Position numbers and translations under genes: made by a program. DNA of 64,000 nucleotides from Eledone cirrhosa (taxonomy: Eukaryota). Within the stretch, counting starts at the first letter, position 1. The number at the start of each line of letters is the position of its first letter. Of this stretch, positions 13,076 to 26,500 are shown piece after piece. The notes under the pieces were generated by a model. That model worked only from the letters and a program-made list of their open reading frames with translations, was not told the origin of the DNA and searched no databases. The stretch is from positions 330,336,001 to 330,400,000 of the forward strand of contig OZ024740.1 of assembly GCA_964016885.1 (NCBI GenBank). Reading direction: 5' to 3'.

Positions 13076-16000
13076 CTTTGAGTCTCAGTCATTGATGTTA
13101 GTTAACTGGAAAGTTTGTTTAAATGAATATCCGGCCACTACCTGCAGCCTCAGATATTCAGGACGTATCGGAGGGTTCTTGCTATTCCCAAAGAGCATGC
13201 CTTTTGAACCGTTCCAAAAAGCGTGAAGGGCCAATTTTCTTTAACCATCCCTGGAAACTTTTTGAGATAGTACAAAATGCGCCTATGACAATCGGGACCA
13301 CTTTAACTTCATGGCAGTTCCAAATCCTTTTTACCTCCCACTTTAAGTCCTGGTATCGGTTAATTTTCTCCCTCTCCTTCTCTTGCACTCTCGTGTCGAA
13401 TGGGCAGGCCACATCCACAATCAGGCACGATCTTTTTTCTTTGTCCACAACCACCAGGTCAGGTCTATTGTGTTCCAGTTTCTTGTCCGTCTGTATCCTA
13501 AAATCCCACACACCTTCACCTGATCGTTTTCTATCACCGACTCTGGCTTATGCTCATACCACTTCTCAGAATGTGGTAAATTGTTTACTTTGCATAGGTG
13601 CCAGTGGACCACCCTGCCCATCACATCATGTCTCCAGCCCTTATAGTGAGTCTGGGCTAGGTGTTTACACTCGGATACAATGTGAGCCACAGTCTCCTCT
13701 CTCTCTCCACAGATCCTGCACAGTGGGCTAGCCTCCTCCTTGTAAATATGGTGTTTCAACCACTTCGTTTTGAGGGCCTGCTCCTGCGCAGTCATTAACA
13801 TTCCTTCTGTAGCCTTTTTAAGGTCTCCTCTTTTCAACCAGTTCCATGTCTGTGGATCTCTGAATTCAGTTTTCTCAAAGAAGGTACTATGAAGGGATTT
13901 TTCCTGAAGGCTGCTCTTTTTCCTTGATGTTATTTCCACCTTGGACATCCTTGGTCTATTGTCCCCTCCTTCAGTACAGTTCTGAGCATTGGCTCCTTAC
14001 TATCAGTCACGTATTTGCGTAGGTTGTTTTTCTCCATCTGAACACAGTCCTCTATGCTGATAAACCTCTTCCACCTTCAGATCTCCTTAAGTAGAGTCTA
14101 TCGACATCACTCCTCTTGTGGAACGTGTTGTAGATAGTCAATAGCTTCCTATCCATTTCTTTTTGTTCAGCAACATTCCATCTCAGAATTCCCGCACTGT
14201 ACCTAATAATAGACACAGCTCGAGAATTTACTGCACTTATGGCATTCCTACTGTTCAGATGTGACTTTAATACGCTCTTTACTCTTCGAATGTATTCAGC
14301 TTTTATTTTTTTGTTCTTGATGTCATCAGCCTCCAGAACACCCAAATACTTGTATGCTTCTTCAGAGTCAATTTCCTTTATCATCTCACCTGGTGGTACC
14401 TGGATTCCGTTACTTCTGCTCAATTTACCCCTCTTCATCACAAGGACTCCACACTTACTAATACCAAATTGCATACATATATCATATCCTGAAAATACGG
14501 ACAGTGTTAACAAGCACACCCAACGCCTTCTCACTCTTCCCGAAGAGCTTAAGATCGTCCATGAAGAGAGGTGATTGATGGTAAGCCCTCCCTTTCCCAA
14601 CCTGTATCCTGCTCTCACTTTTCGCAGTACACTGGTCAGGGGCATCAGGGCAAGGATAAACAACAGAGGGGACAGACTATCTTCCTGGAAGATACCTCTC
14701 TTGATCTTCACGCCTCCCCAAGGATTCTCTAGTTGATGTTAACTCTGTTTCCCAGGACTTCATACTTTTGCCCAACAACTGTGTGATGTTATCTGCCACC
14801 TTGAAGATGTCCAAGCTTTTGGTGATCCAAGAATGAGGCACCATGTCAAATGCCTTTTTGTAGTCTATCCATCCCATGGCAAGACCAGTGTGTCTCCTCT
14901 TGCAATTCCTCATTACCATCTTATCAATAAGTAACTGGTCCTTTGTACCACGTGACTTCTTTCGGCATCCTATCTGTTCGCCCGGTAACAAGTTGTTTGT
15001 GTGGAGGTGGTGGTAGATTTCCTCAGACATAATGCTTTTCAAAAGTTTCCACGTTACGGACAGACATGTGATAGGTCCATAGTTGGTAACATCATTACCC
15101 TTGATTCCGTCTTTCATTATCAGAACTGTGGTACCTTTTGTCAACCACTCTGGTACCTCACCGGACATCAACCAGTCATTGACAATGGTTGTCAGTTTCC
15201 GGTGGAGGGATGTTATATTTTTAATCCAATACCCCTTCACACCATCTGGGCCTGGTGATTTCCAGTTGGTTAGTTTTTTGGCCTGCCCCTTAAGAGTTTC
15301 AACTGTGATACTCAAATCAGTTTGTTGGTGTGCCTGTTCACTAATCTCCTTCTGTACTGTCTCAATCCACACTGCCTTGTCATTATGTTTAACATCCTGC
15401 TCCCATATTCCTCTCCAGAATGTTTTAGTTTGTTCCGCCTCAGGGAACAAGTCGTTGCCTCTTTCTTTCCTTTCAAGCTGTCCAAACAGCATCTTCTGGT
15501 TGTTGTCGAAAATGCGGTTCCGTCTATACTGACTGACTCTGTTCTCGTATCGCCTGATTTTTGCACTCTTTGCTACAATGCGTTGCTTCAGTTCCTCTAT
15601 GATAATATTTAGCTTTTTCCTCCTAGTTTTGTACTTTATTCCCAGTCTATTTTAGTGTCTATGTTTTTTAGTGTCCCATTCAGTAGAGTCTCAAGCTTTA
15701 CAATGTCATTTCTCATTTCCCTGATTTGACCACTCAGTCGTTTCTTCCACCAAGGCTCTGATCTTTCTTGTCTGTTGTTTCCTCTCGCTTTTATACCAAG
15801 TAGTTTCCTCACCGTATTTGCTATTGCTTTGAGGATATTGTTGCTATGGTGAAGGCTCCTCGCCTCAAGGTATGGGCTGACTTTGTTTACCTTAGCTGTT
15901 GTTTCTTTTAACTTTTTCCTGTCTACAAATCTTAGGTTCATAGGTTTCCCACTATCATTGTTCAATTCATCTACCACTAAGTTTAGGATATCAACCAAAT

Positions 16001-17957
16001 CTTGTCCTAGCCCGTCAGCATTCATCTCCTCAGTGGCCGCATCTCTGGTCCGGGTATTATTTATCTCAGCATTCAAATTATTGTCTGCTTCGAGTGGTTC
16101 CTCCGTTTTATCGACCTCCTCACCTTCATTTCCCACTGGCTCGTTTGACTGGCATACTCCACTCTCCATTTCCAAGCTAATCTCTCTGCTCAGTTCCTCC
16201 AGTTCCAGCTCGCTTATCCACCCATTAGTTCTTATTACCCGAGCCTGCCCGGCCAATTTTTGTTCATCTAATTTAAATAGACCAATCTCGTTCTAGATGT
16301 TATGCATCCATTTCCTGCATAACAGTTCTATTCCATTCTTTCGTTCAGTTGATTCTGGTCCCTTTCCTCCTTCTTCTTCCTCCGACACCAGCAGTATTTG
16401 GTTGACAGCCAGGTCCCTGCTGCTGAGCCAGGGAGCACCTGTCGGGTGAGAGTCTGTCACATGACATTCTAGTCTCCATTTCACCGTTATTCGAACTGTT
16501 TAGGTTCGACATTTAAATCGAGGATTGGCGAATGTATGGTTACATAACCACCGGTGATTTCATCACCTCCGGTGATTTCGTCACTCCCGGTGATTTTTGT
16601 GTGGTATTATCACGCTGTAGACGAACATAAATAAACATACAAACAAACAGGCAACCCCCCCCCCCCCAAAAAAAAAAATGAATAAGCATAAGTTTCATTG
16701 TAATGTAATGTTTGTATGTCTGACTTAGTTTTTCCCATCCCTTCTCTGTCCGTCTTTTTGTTTTTCTCTTCATTTTTCTTTTCTTTACGTTTTTCGTTGT
16801 TGCTGTGCTGCTTTGATTTTGATTTTTGGCTCTTTGATTTTGGCCGGGTCATCAATTCAGTCTATTTATATATTTTGATGCCTTCCTCTTTTAGTGGGGA
16901 CACTACGATGTAGCAGGAGCTAGTGGGAGAAAATAGCAGGCGGCAGTGATAATGAGGCAGTGGCGGTGGTAGTGGTGGCGATGCTGTGCTAGTAGTACCT
17001 AGCAGGAGGCAGTGGGAGAGAATAGCGGCGTGAGCGATAATGAGGCAGTAGCGGTGGTGATGTGATCGTAGTACTGTAGCGATGGTGTTGAAGTTGGAGT
17101 AGAAATTAGGGCCGAGGCAACTTGACCAGAGTTTTTAGCGTGGCAGTGGCGGCGGTGTTGGTGGTGAAATTATCTTTAGCTATTTAGCTATTTAGTCATT
17201 TTGCCATTTTTCTCCTTTTCGACTCTAACATTCCTGATCCAAAATTAAATATTAATATAGTTTATTAACATTGTCTAGTGATACCGCCACCTTCCCCTTT
17301 CATAGGTTAACAGAAGATAATGAGGGAATAGCAGTGGCAGCAATGAAGGAGTGGCGGCGGCGGCGATGGGATAGTGGTAGCAATGATGGATGGGTGGTGG
17401 CGGTGGTGACTGTAGTGATGGCGTTGTCGTTACTGAGTTTTGTTGAATAGACTGTATTTTTGTTTGATCGGTGAATCTATGTGGTTAGTCGCGTATATGT
17501 GTTGACATATTTTCTTAATATTGGAATTAAACATTTTGTGAAAACTAGAGACAATAATAATAGTAAATATAATTATTATGCTGGGATTGGCGGTGGGGGT
17601 CGAGAAATTGCCGTTATCTGGCTGTTTTATTTAGTGTACACAGAGGAGTGATGTATCTAGTTTGTGGTGTTGGTGAAATTGCTGTTATTTGGCTGTTCTA
17701 TATAGTGTAGACAGAGGGGGTTTTTTCCATTTAAAACCATTTTCTTTTTTTAATGTAAAATGTATATTACAAAATTGAATATTTGAGCGATATAACAATA
17801 TATCATGGATCCGAATTTTCCTGAGACTTTAGTCTGGTGCTTATGCATCATTTGTACGAAGAATTGTTATTTCACAATTGATTTAAATATGTTAAAAATC
17901 AAAAAACTTACGGGAGCGATTTCATGACCTTCTTTCCACCATGTGTGTCTTCTTCCC
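13076..17957 (-). mobile_element. R4/Dong-clade element, copy 3 (probably full length, decayed)
   Basis: Complete domain order plus about 1.4 kb leader, bounded by (TTA)n at 13056-13075 and 17958-18015. Confidence 0.88.
13150..16512 (-). pseudogene. disrupted RT-CCHC-RLE ORF of Dong copy 3
   Basis: KSPGPDG, WIDYKKAFDMVPH, GIFQEDSLSPLLF, FGISKC, YKYLG, LYLRRSEGGRGL, CRICGEREETVAHIVSEC, WDFRIQTD..HNRPDLVV..VDVACPFD..EKINRYQDL. Confidence 0.9.
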
Positions 17958-18015
<58 letters not shown>

Positions 18016-21000
18016 GATGACCTACGTAGGAAATCGTATTCTCGTGAGCTCCGCAAAATTTTGTAGTTTTCAGTTGTTTCAAATTGCCATTTATGGAAAC
18101 TTTTTGTTAAGTGTTTATAAGTTCACAGATATTGCTTTCTGAAAAGGACACTCAAAAAGATTGGCGCCTTGAGCCCCAAATTTAAACTTTTATAATTATC
18201 AAACAAAAAAATTCTTTGAAAAAATCATCGACGACTCACCGTCACACCAAGCTGACAGCCTTCCTCATAAACTAAAACCTCACACCAACACCACCATTGT
18301 AATTATTACTACGTTTGCCAACACTAAAAATATAAGCAGTAGCAATAATTTAAATTTGTCTCGTGCAGACATTCATTTCCCGCCATTACCAATAACTGCA
18401 GGTGTTAAAGCCGCCACCCCCACCACCACAACAGCGACAACAGAAACAAAAGGAAAAAAATAAATGATTATCTCGTGACATCGAAATGAATTCACACAGA
18501 ATCGACTTTTCAACACCGAACACCACTGACGCCACCACCACCAGAACTGAAACTAAAAATAACAATAACAAAAATAACAATAACAACAACAGCATCAACA
18601 ACAGTGAGAATAACAACAAAAACATCAACACCACAATTGTGTCTTTGACAAAGCAGCTAAGAAATGTGAAACAATCGAGGTAACTAAGGAGGAATTAAAT
18701 GAAGCCAAGAGAATGGTAAAGAAAGATGGGTACATGGTCAGCCTCCCCCACACACACACCTAATAAAACGGGGCATCGGCGCCTTTGCACCGTGTCTTAT
18801 CGGACGATTAACACAAAATCGTGCCGAGTTGAACGGGCATCCGATCCCAAATCCAAAAATCTTTCGGACATGTGTGGGCCAAAAAACTCACATCGGATGT
18901 AGGCAGAAATATGAAACCGTGGACGTATTCTTTAGAACGCCACAGGAGGCCAGAGAGCACTCCATGGCCCCATTAAGAAGCGACGACTCACACTCGTCCC
19001 AAGCTATTGTGGCCAGAGACTCGTGAAGATCAGGGTCACGCACGTTTCACGGCCATCTAAATTCCCGGGATAATGGCTGCCTTCCTCGCCGGCATCGAGG
19101 CCAACACCAAAATAATTGAAATATCAAAAGAAAAGCAGGAGAACTGATCCGGATCTGGGATGGAGCTCCTGATCCAAGCGGACCAAAAAAGCATTGAGGA
19201 AATCCCAGAGGTAATAGACTACACTGACGGAAGCCCCCTCACCGTAATCGTCGAGGGTAGAAGGCCTAGGTGTGTCGTTTGTGGTGAAGGAACCCACCTA
19301 AAGGATTTGTGCTCTCAGGCTAAAAAGTTGAAGCCACCTCTCTTACCCACCCCAGTGACTCACCATCAACACCACCAGCAGCAGAAATTGCAGCAACAAC
19401 TGTAGCAGCAACAACAGAAGCAACTGTAGCAACAAACCCCAGCAACAGTAGCAAAGCCAACACCACCACCACCACCAACCGCGCCAGAACTAGCACCAGC
19501 GTCTCGACCAACCACCACGCCACAACCAAAACCAACGCCTGTGGAGGATTTTCCCCTCCCCGACCTATCGCAACTGGAGACAGATTGTGACGACGAGGAG
19601 TGGGAAACTGTATCAGGAAAAAAGTAAGAAAGAAAAAATCCCCTTCCTTCCCCCTCCAAAAACAAAATACAGAGGGAAACAAATAAACTATCAAACAAAA
19701 AACTTAGGACAGCTATGCCACCATCCACACTAGCATCACCAACCCCATCACCACAAACACCAACACCATCACCACCATTAACCCCAACACCACCATCACC
19801 AACACCACAAAAGTCACCAAAAACGAAACAGAAACAAACCCACAACAAACGCAAACAAAACAAAACAACCAAAACGATACACACTACACAGGATTAAATT
19901 TGAACAACAACCAATTATTACACTATATCCAAAACAATACCAGCATCACAGAAAAATACTACACAACACCCCAAGAGTTCACACCATCCCCACACATACA
20001 AATCATTCGCATCACACAGAAAACGTACACGACACTAAAAAAAAAATTCCCCAAAGACATCGGAGACTTCCGACAATCATTCTCCAGGAGGATTTATAAG
20101 GACATCCTTCCGGAGGAGGCCACAAGCAGTGGAAAGGATGGAGAAACCATCCTTCCTCTAAGAGAAGTAAGGTAATTGGTATTTCCATCTTTTCCACTCC
20201 TTTTCAACATGACCTCACTCAGAATAGGCAGCATAAATGCGCGTGGCTTGGGGTCGTCATGGAAGCAGGGCCACCTGCTCAACGACCTCAGGTCACTAAA
20301 CATAGATATAGTGGCCATCAGCGAGACCAGAATCTCCGAAGCACGGGCCTTCGCACCGATCTTCGACGCCTGAGATGTGTACGCATCTCCCAGCCGTCCT
20401 GGATCGAGCGAAGGAGTTGCTGTGCTTTTTCGGAAAGGTTTGGATCTCGCCATACAGGCCATCTTCCTGGACCCAGAAGGTAAGTTGGTGGTGCTGGACG
20501 TGACCAGCGGAGACGGGCAAGCTTTCAGGCTAGTCGCCGTATATGCCCCCACAGTAGCAGGGCGGCCTGATTTCTTCCGGCGTCTGAAGACCTTTCTTGG
20601 AACGTTCCGCACTTTAGTGTTAGTGGGTGACTGGGAGAGGATCTTAGATGCACGCTAGGACTGTGTGGGTTTAGCGGATATGGGAGGAGTGTGCAAGAGC
20701 CTCACCAACCTGCTCAGACGTTTTGAACTGTCTGACAGGTACCGATTGGATTTCCCGAATGTGCCAATGTGGACTTGGACAAATCGCATAAGTTCATCCA
20801 GATCATATCTAGATAGAGTATTTTGTAGGGAAATAGATAGGTCTAGCATAGGCTGTCCACAATTCAAGATAGTCAGCTACACGGACCACAAATTCGTGAT
20901 CTGTGTGCTTGACTTAGATAGGCTTCATAGACGAGGACCCGGCTACTGGAAGCTAAACGCGTCCTTACCAGCATGCAAGGACTACAGAGACCGGATTGGC

Positions 21001-23568
21001 GAATTAGTTAAGCAGGCGTTAACGGGCGCCATCGTCAACAACAAGTGGTGGTTTGCTCTGAAAAGAGCGATTAGAATAGAGTCCATTAGGTTTAGTAAGG
21101 CTTTAGATATAGAGAAAAATAGAACAGAGCGAGAACTAGTTAGACAATTAGACGAGGCGCTTAGCAAATAAATCGCGACCGACGTACTTGCGGCGAAATT
21201 GGCCCTTGACCAATTCTTCAATGCAAACCACGAAGGCTACGTTGTCAGAGCTATGGTGCGTGCTCTCAGACACGAGGGGACGAAAGCCGTTCAATGGGCC
21301 CGAGTGGCGGAGGCGCGTCGTGGCAACAAAGCCTCGACCCGGTCTTTGGTGGACTAAGACGGGCGCATGCTACTCGATCCCGGGCAAATGTGTGAAGCTT
21401 TTCAGCGACACTTCGCTCAGCTGTTCGGGGGCAGTGGCGGGCCGGATCGAGGGATGGCTTTTGGTGTCTACCTCGGCGAAGTGACGCGGCTCTCGGCCAC
21501 TGATGCGGAGTGTTGCGAAAAGCCGATAACAACCGCTGAAGTACGGGAGGCAATGACTGGCTGCACAAGGGGTAAATCACCTGATTTGGATCGTCTGCCC
21601 TATGAACTTTACGTACTGATGCCAGATTTGTTCGGAGGCCTCTTGGTGGACGTCTACTGCAACTGGCAACAGAACGGGATAATTCCCAGCTCTGTGAGCC
21701 GAGGAGCGGTGTCGCTGCTGAGAAAGGATCCGAACAAGGGGGATAACATAGATAATTTCTGGCCCATAACCCTGCTAAACACAGAGTCCAAGATTTTGGT
21801 CAAGGTGCTAGCAAAGAGGTTGTCGCTTGTCGTTGGTAGTCTGGTGGGAGAGGGGCAGACATGCGTCATTCCAGACAGACTCATCCACGACATCCTCCAC
21901 CTCATGCGATACATCGTGGAGAGAGTAGCTAGGGAACCTGGCACGGGTGGGCCTTTGATCAATTTAGATCAGTCGAAAGCTTTCGATAGGGTCGACCATC
22001 GTTACCTAGCGGTAGTCCTGAGGGCGGCTGGCTTTGGGCCCGTCTTCAGAGGCCAGATCGCTGCCATGCACAGCGACACTGCTCTGTGGTGAGAGTGAAC
22101 GGTCACCTTTTGGCACCGTTCAACATCATGCGTTCGGTCCGCCAAGGATGTCCCCTCTCGTCCCTCTTGTACTTATTGACTCTCAAGCCTTAACGCACAA
22201 ACTAGAGACGTTGAGAGGGGTCCCGCGCGAACTAGGATGGGGAAGATCCTTGTCAGCATATGCGGACGATGTTACCGTAGTGGTGTCGAACGCTAAACAC
22301 ATCGAGGCTATCGGCACTACACTAAGAGAATAAGAAGCGTTGACAGGAGCAATAATCAACCAGGAAAAGTCAGTGGGCCTGCATCTCGGCACCTGGAGAG
22401 GCAGGTCCATGCCGTCCAACAGCGTCGTCGGGCGCTGGATGGATGGACTGGTTAAATTGCTAGGGGTCTGGTTCGGTCCGGACCTCCAGACGGACAAAAA
22501 CTGGGACGAGGTGACGAGCAGGGTGGCTTCTCTCACCCAGAAATGGGCCGAGAGGAAGCTATCCCTGAAAGGTCGAGCGGAGGTGGCGAATGCGTACATC
22601 GCATCCGTCATCTACTACCGCCTGACCGTCGTACCTTGTCCTAAGCCCCGCCTGACTGGAAACTCCACCTTGGCGTTCTATAGAGGATTAGTGGAGGGGA
22701 TAGCGACGACGTCCTTGGGGAAACTCTAGGCGTGGACGAAAATCAACTAGCCAATCTCTTCGCAAGAACTTTCGGGCCGGGCCTATGGTCAACTTCCAGA
22801 AATCCCTGGCCTGGCAGTGCTACCGAGGAGTTTTGCCAGTTCGGGATAAACTCTACCGGCTTGGACGTGCCATCAGCCGAGCATGTCCGAGATGCGCGCA
22901 GGGCGACGAAACCGTCCTACACGCACTCGTCCGGCGTCCGAGCATTGCTGACTTGTGGGTTTATGTCGAACACCTGCTGCCGCGTGTAGAACGGATCCAG
23001 CTGTCAACTGAGTCCATCGTGAGGATTGCCCCGCCCTCTTCCTTTAGCCGGGAAGGGCAGGCTGTTTTTATCTGTCTGGTGGCCATGGCGAAAGAGATAG
23101 TAAGGTGGACACGTTTGAAAGGGCTGAAGACAACCACTTACCTCTTCGGTGATGCCCTGATTAACTTTTTCAAATTTCATTTGAAAAGGAAAATCAGGGT
23201 AGAGAGGGAAGTGCTATCTTCCCAGCATTTTGTTGAAAGATGGGTGAGAGAAGCAAGTATGGCCCGAATGAATGGGCCTTCTCTGAGTATGTGTCTGTAA
23301 ATTAAAGGTGGAAAACTGGGAGAGGGCACTTGCCATGGTGGTCAGGGTCACTGTGGCTTTTTAATGGGCTTTCTCCACGGATGTTCCTCGGAAGTCTCCT
23401 CCCTATTGGGGAATTTTTCATTGTTATTATTTTGTTACATCCTCTGTTTTTGTTTTTTACACGCAGAAATGCCCATTTGTACCGTCCTGTGTGTCCTGTA
23501 CTGTCCTTAATGTTCTCTTTATGTAAACCCTTGTGGTTAATAAAGAAAGCATTATTATTATTATTATT
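18016..23568 (+). mobile_element. Tx1/L1-clade LINE, copy B (near full length, decayed)
   Basis: Starts right after (TTA)n. Asn-rich ORF1 start, CCHC knuckle CVVCGEGTHLKDLC, ORF2 20209-23300 with YADD near 22259, about 330 bp deletion near 22655, tail AACCCTTGTGGTTAATAAAGAAAGC+(ATT)n. Confidence 0.92.
20209..23300 (+). pseudogene. disrupted ORF2 (APE-RT-zinc domain), Tx1 copy B
   Basis: ORF pieces 20176-20373, 20377-20658, 20665-21171, 21367-22092, 22340-22729 and 22785-23300 (CPRC..ETVLHAL). Confidence 0.9.
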
Positions 23569-26500
23569 GGTCTAATCGCACGTATTTTGCTCGCTCCCAG
23601 TAATAGGCTTTTGCCTGTTAAAATTATTTGTGGTTAAATATTTCTTGTTGTGTAAGGGACATAAGCCCTTAGACTTTGCCCTGTGAAGGGATAAGTATAA
23701 TACTTGGGCCTTTTGGCCCAAATATTTGAACTTTTTTTACATGTTAAAAAATGTACGGAGAAAAAAAACATGGCTGAGCCATGACCCCAGCGATATGTCT
23801 GCTGTCGTGCGACAACGACGTAGAAGTTGAGAGGGGCGCTACAGCGAAATTAACACAAATTGATAACACAAACACCACCACAAACAATGTAAACAAAGAC
23901 ACAAAGGATACTAATGAGAACTCTAATTTTGGAAAAAATGACAGTAACAACAACAACGAAAATACAGATAACAAAAAACAATAACAAATGCAACAACAAT
24001 ATCAACACCACTAACATGAAAACAAATAGCGACAACACCAACAGCAACAATACCAACTGCACCGAGAACAACACCCACAACGAAAACAATAAGAACACTT
24101 TCACTGCGGCAGCAGCAAAAAAGGGGCCATGCTTCAACATGGACCTCTCAAACAAATATGAAAAGTTAACCCATGCATGGAAGCTCATCAAGCAAGAGCA
24201 AACCTGGACCAACTTAACTGTCCCGGTAGAAGATATTGAGGCATTGGAGCGCAGAACGGTGCATTATAGATGCATCTCCGCACAAACCAAAGGGGCAGCT
24301 TTAATCCCACAAGAAGATGTCGAAGTCGCGCTGAGGTGCATCAGAGATGACACCCAGTACATAGAGAGTACGGCACCATTTCAGGGTTGTTCAAGTCAGA
24401 AGCCCTCGCTATGAAACACGCTATGATTCCTTGCGAAATCAGCAAAGGCATAATGTACCCCTCCCACATGGGAAAAAGAACGGCCCGTCTCCGCATTCCC
24501 AGAATCCCACCAGGACTTGACATGTGGTGGCTTCTGGGATGTGTGATTGTGGAAGGGACGGATACAGTCCCTATAGAAGTGACCAGTACGGCCAGAGAGG
24601 ACTGGTCCGGGGTTGACCTGGAGATCCTTCTCCAGATCAGGCCCGAGAATGTGAAGACAATCCCGGACCACATCCGCCATTCTCATTATGACGGAAGGCA
24701 AAAGGCCGCAGTGTTTTGTTTGTGAGGAAAAAACCCATTTGCGAGCCTTCTGCCTTCAACTACTGAAAGAGGCAAGGGGTCGAAAGGCTCCACTGCTGCC
24801 GGTGCCGGGGCGAGGACCACAACCAACACCAGCACCGGCAAAACCACCAACAACACCAATAGAAAGACCACCACCAAATTTGACCACCCAGGGGGGAAAC
24901 GAGGAAAGCTGTCAAATTCCCCCTCCCCCCCAAAATACACACAGCATTAAAACCATAACATACATACAGACACAGATCCCTCATCTACCAGTAATGAAGA
25001 TGAGGGAAAACCAAAATGCACCAAAATACAAAAAAGGAAACACAAAAAGAAAAAAAAAACCCAACAAAGCACAAAATCACCCCCAATAAAAAACGCAAAC
25101 CCCACCCACGCAAACATGTCTCCAATAACACCAACATCAACACCACCATCACCATCACCAGAATCCCCCAAACGCAAACTACCCAATCAGACGCAAGAAC
25201 AAATATACACACAAACATCTGAAACCACAGACACCGCACTCACAACAAACACAGACACAACCGAAACAACACCACCAAAACCATCACCACCACAGCCACG
25301 AAAACAAATAAAATCATACCAACAAAACATACAAAACTTCGTGCTCGTCAGGAGGACCAACAAGGAACTGATGGCCCTCGTAGCACGAAGTGAAAATATA
25401 CAAAAAGAGGGGGAAATTTTTAAATCGAGCACATTTCGCGTGCCGGAAGATTTGGTTCTGGTGCGAATGTCGATCGAATTATACAAAGAAATACGAGACA
25501 GCTCTCCTCGGGACGTGGGAACCCCGAACGTAAAACCAACTACAAGACTTTTAAAGGGGTTCCCAAAAGAAACCCCACCAACTATGGAGGTCGAAAAACC
25601 CGACCTTCACAAGAGCCCGGAAGGTAAATAAACCTTCCTCTCTCTCTTTTTAACCTGCCCACATGGCCGTATTAAGAGTAGGATGTTTAAATGTTCGAGG
25701 CCTGGGATCGTCCTGGAAGCAGGTCACCTGCTCAATGATTTCAGGTCTCTAGAAATGGATGTAATTGCCGTCAGCGAGACCAGGATTTCCGACACGCGCG
25801 CACTAACCCCATTTTCGACGACTATCAGATATTTGGATCTGTTAGCCGGCCGGGAATGGGAGGCAGGTTGGCAGTGCCGTTTAGGAAAGGCCTGGATCTC
25901 GAGGTAAGGTCGATCTCCCGGGACACGGACGGGAAGTTGGTGGTCCTGGACGTGAACAATAACGAAGGTGGTGCCTTTAGACTGGTGGCCGCCTATGCTC
26001 CTACAGGGTAGGACAGCCGGACTTCTTTAGACGCCTGGAAGCCTTTCTCGGCACGTCTCGCCTTTTACTGTTAGCGGGGGACTGAAACGGCATCTTAGAC
26101 GCACGCTGGGACTGTGTGGGAGTATCCGATAGGAGCGGGGTGTGCAAAAGCCTCAAGAACCTGATCAGCCAGTTCCAACTGTCTGACAGGTACCGACTAG
26201 ATTTCCCTAATGTGCCAGTGTGGACCTGGGCTAACCGCATAGGGTCATCTAGATCGTATATAGACATGATATTCATTAGGAAAATAGACAGAAATAGTGT
26301 ATACTGTCCACGTTTTGAAACAGTCGCCTATTTAGATCACATGTTTGTGATCTGTATGGTCGACCTAGATAAGACGCGTAGGTTAGGACCTGGTTACTGG
26401 AAGCTTAACATGTCATTTCCGGCACGTAAAGCTTAAAGGGACCAGGTCAACAATTTAGTTAAGAAAAAGTTGACAGGGGGAGTCGTCAACAATAGATGGT

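Noticed and set aside
5078-15532. Plus-strand ORFs over Dong copies and minus-strand ORFs over Tx1 copies
   Set aside because: Antisense shadows of retrotransposon coding sequence.
16540-16600. KSP repeats (neurofilament-like) in ORF 16540-16773
   Set aside because: Only three 18 bp units inside a transposon leader, with no supporting domain.
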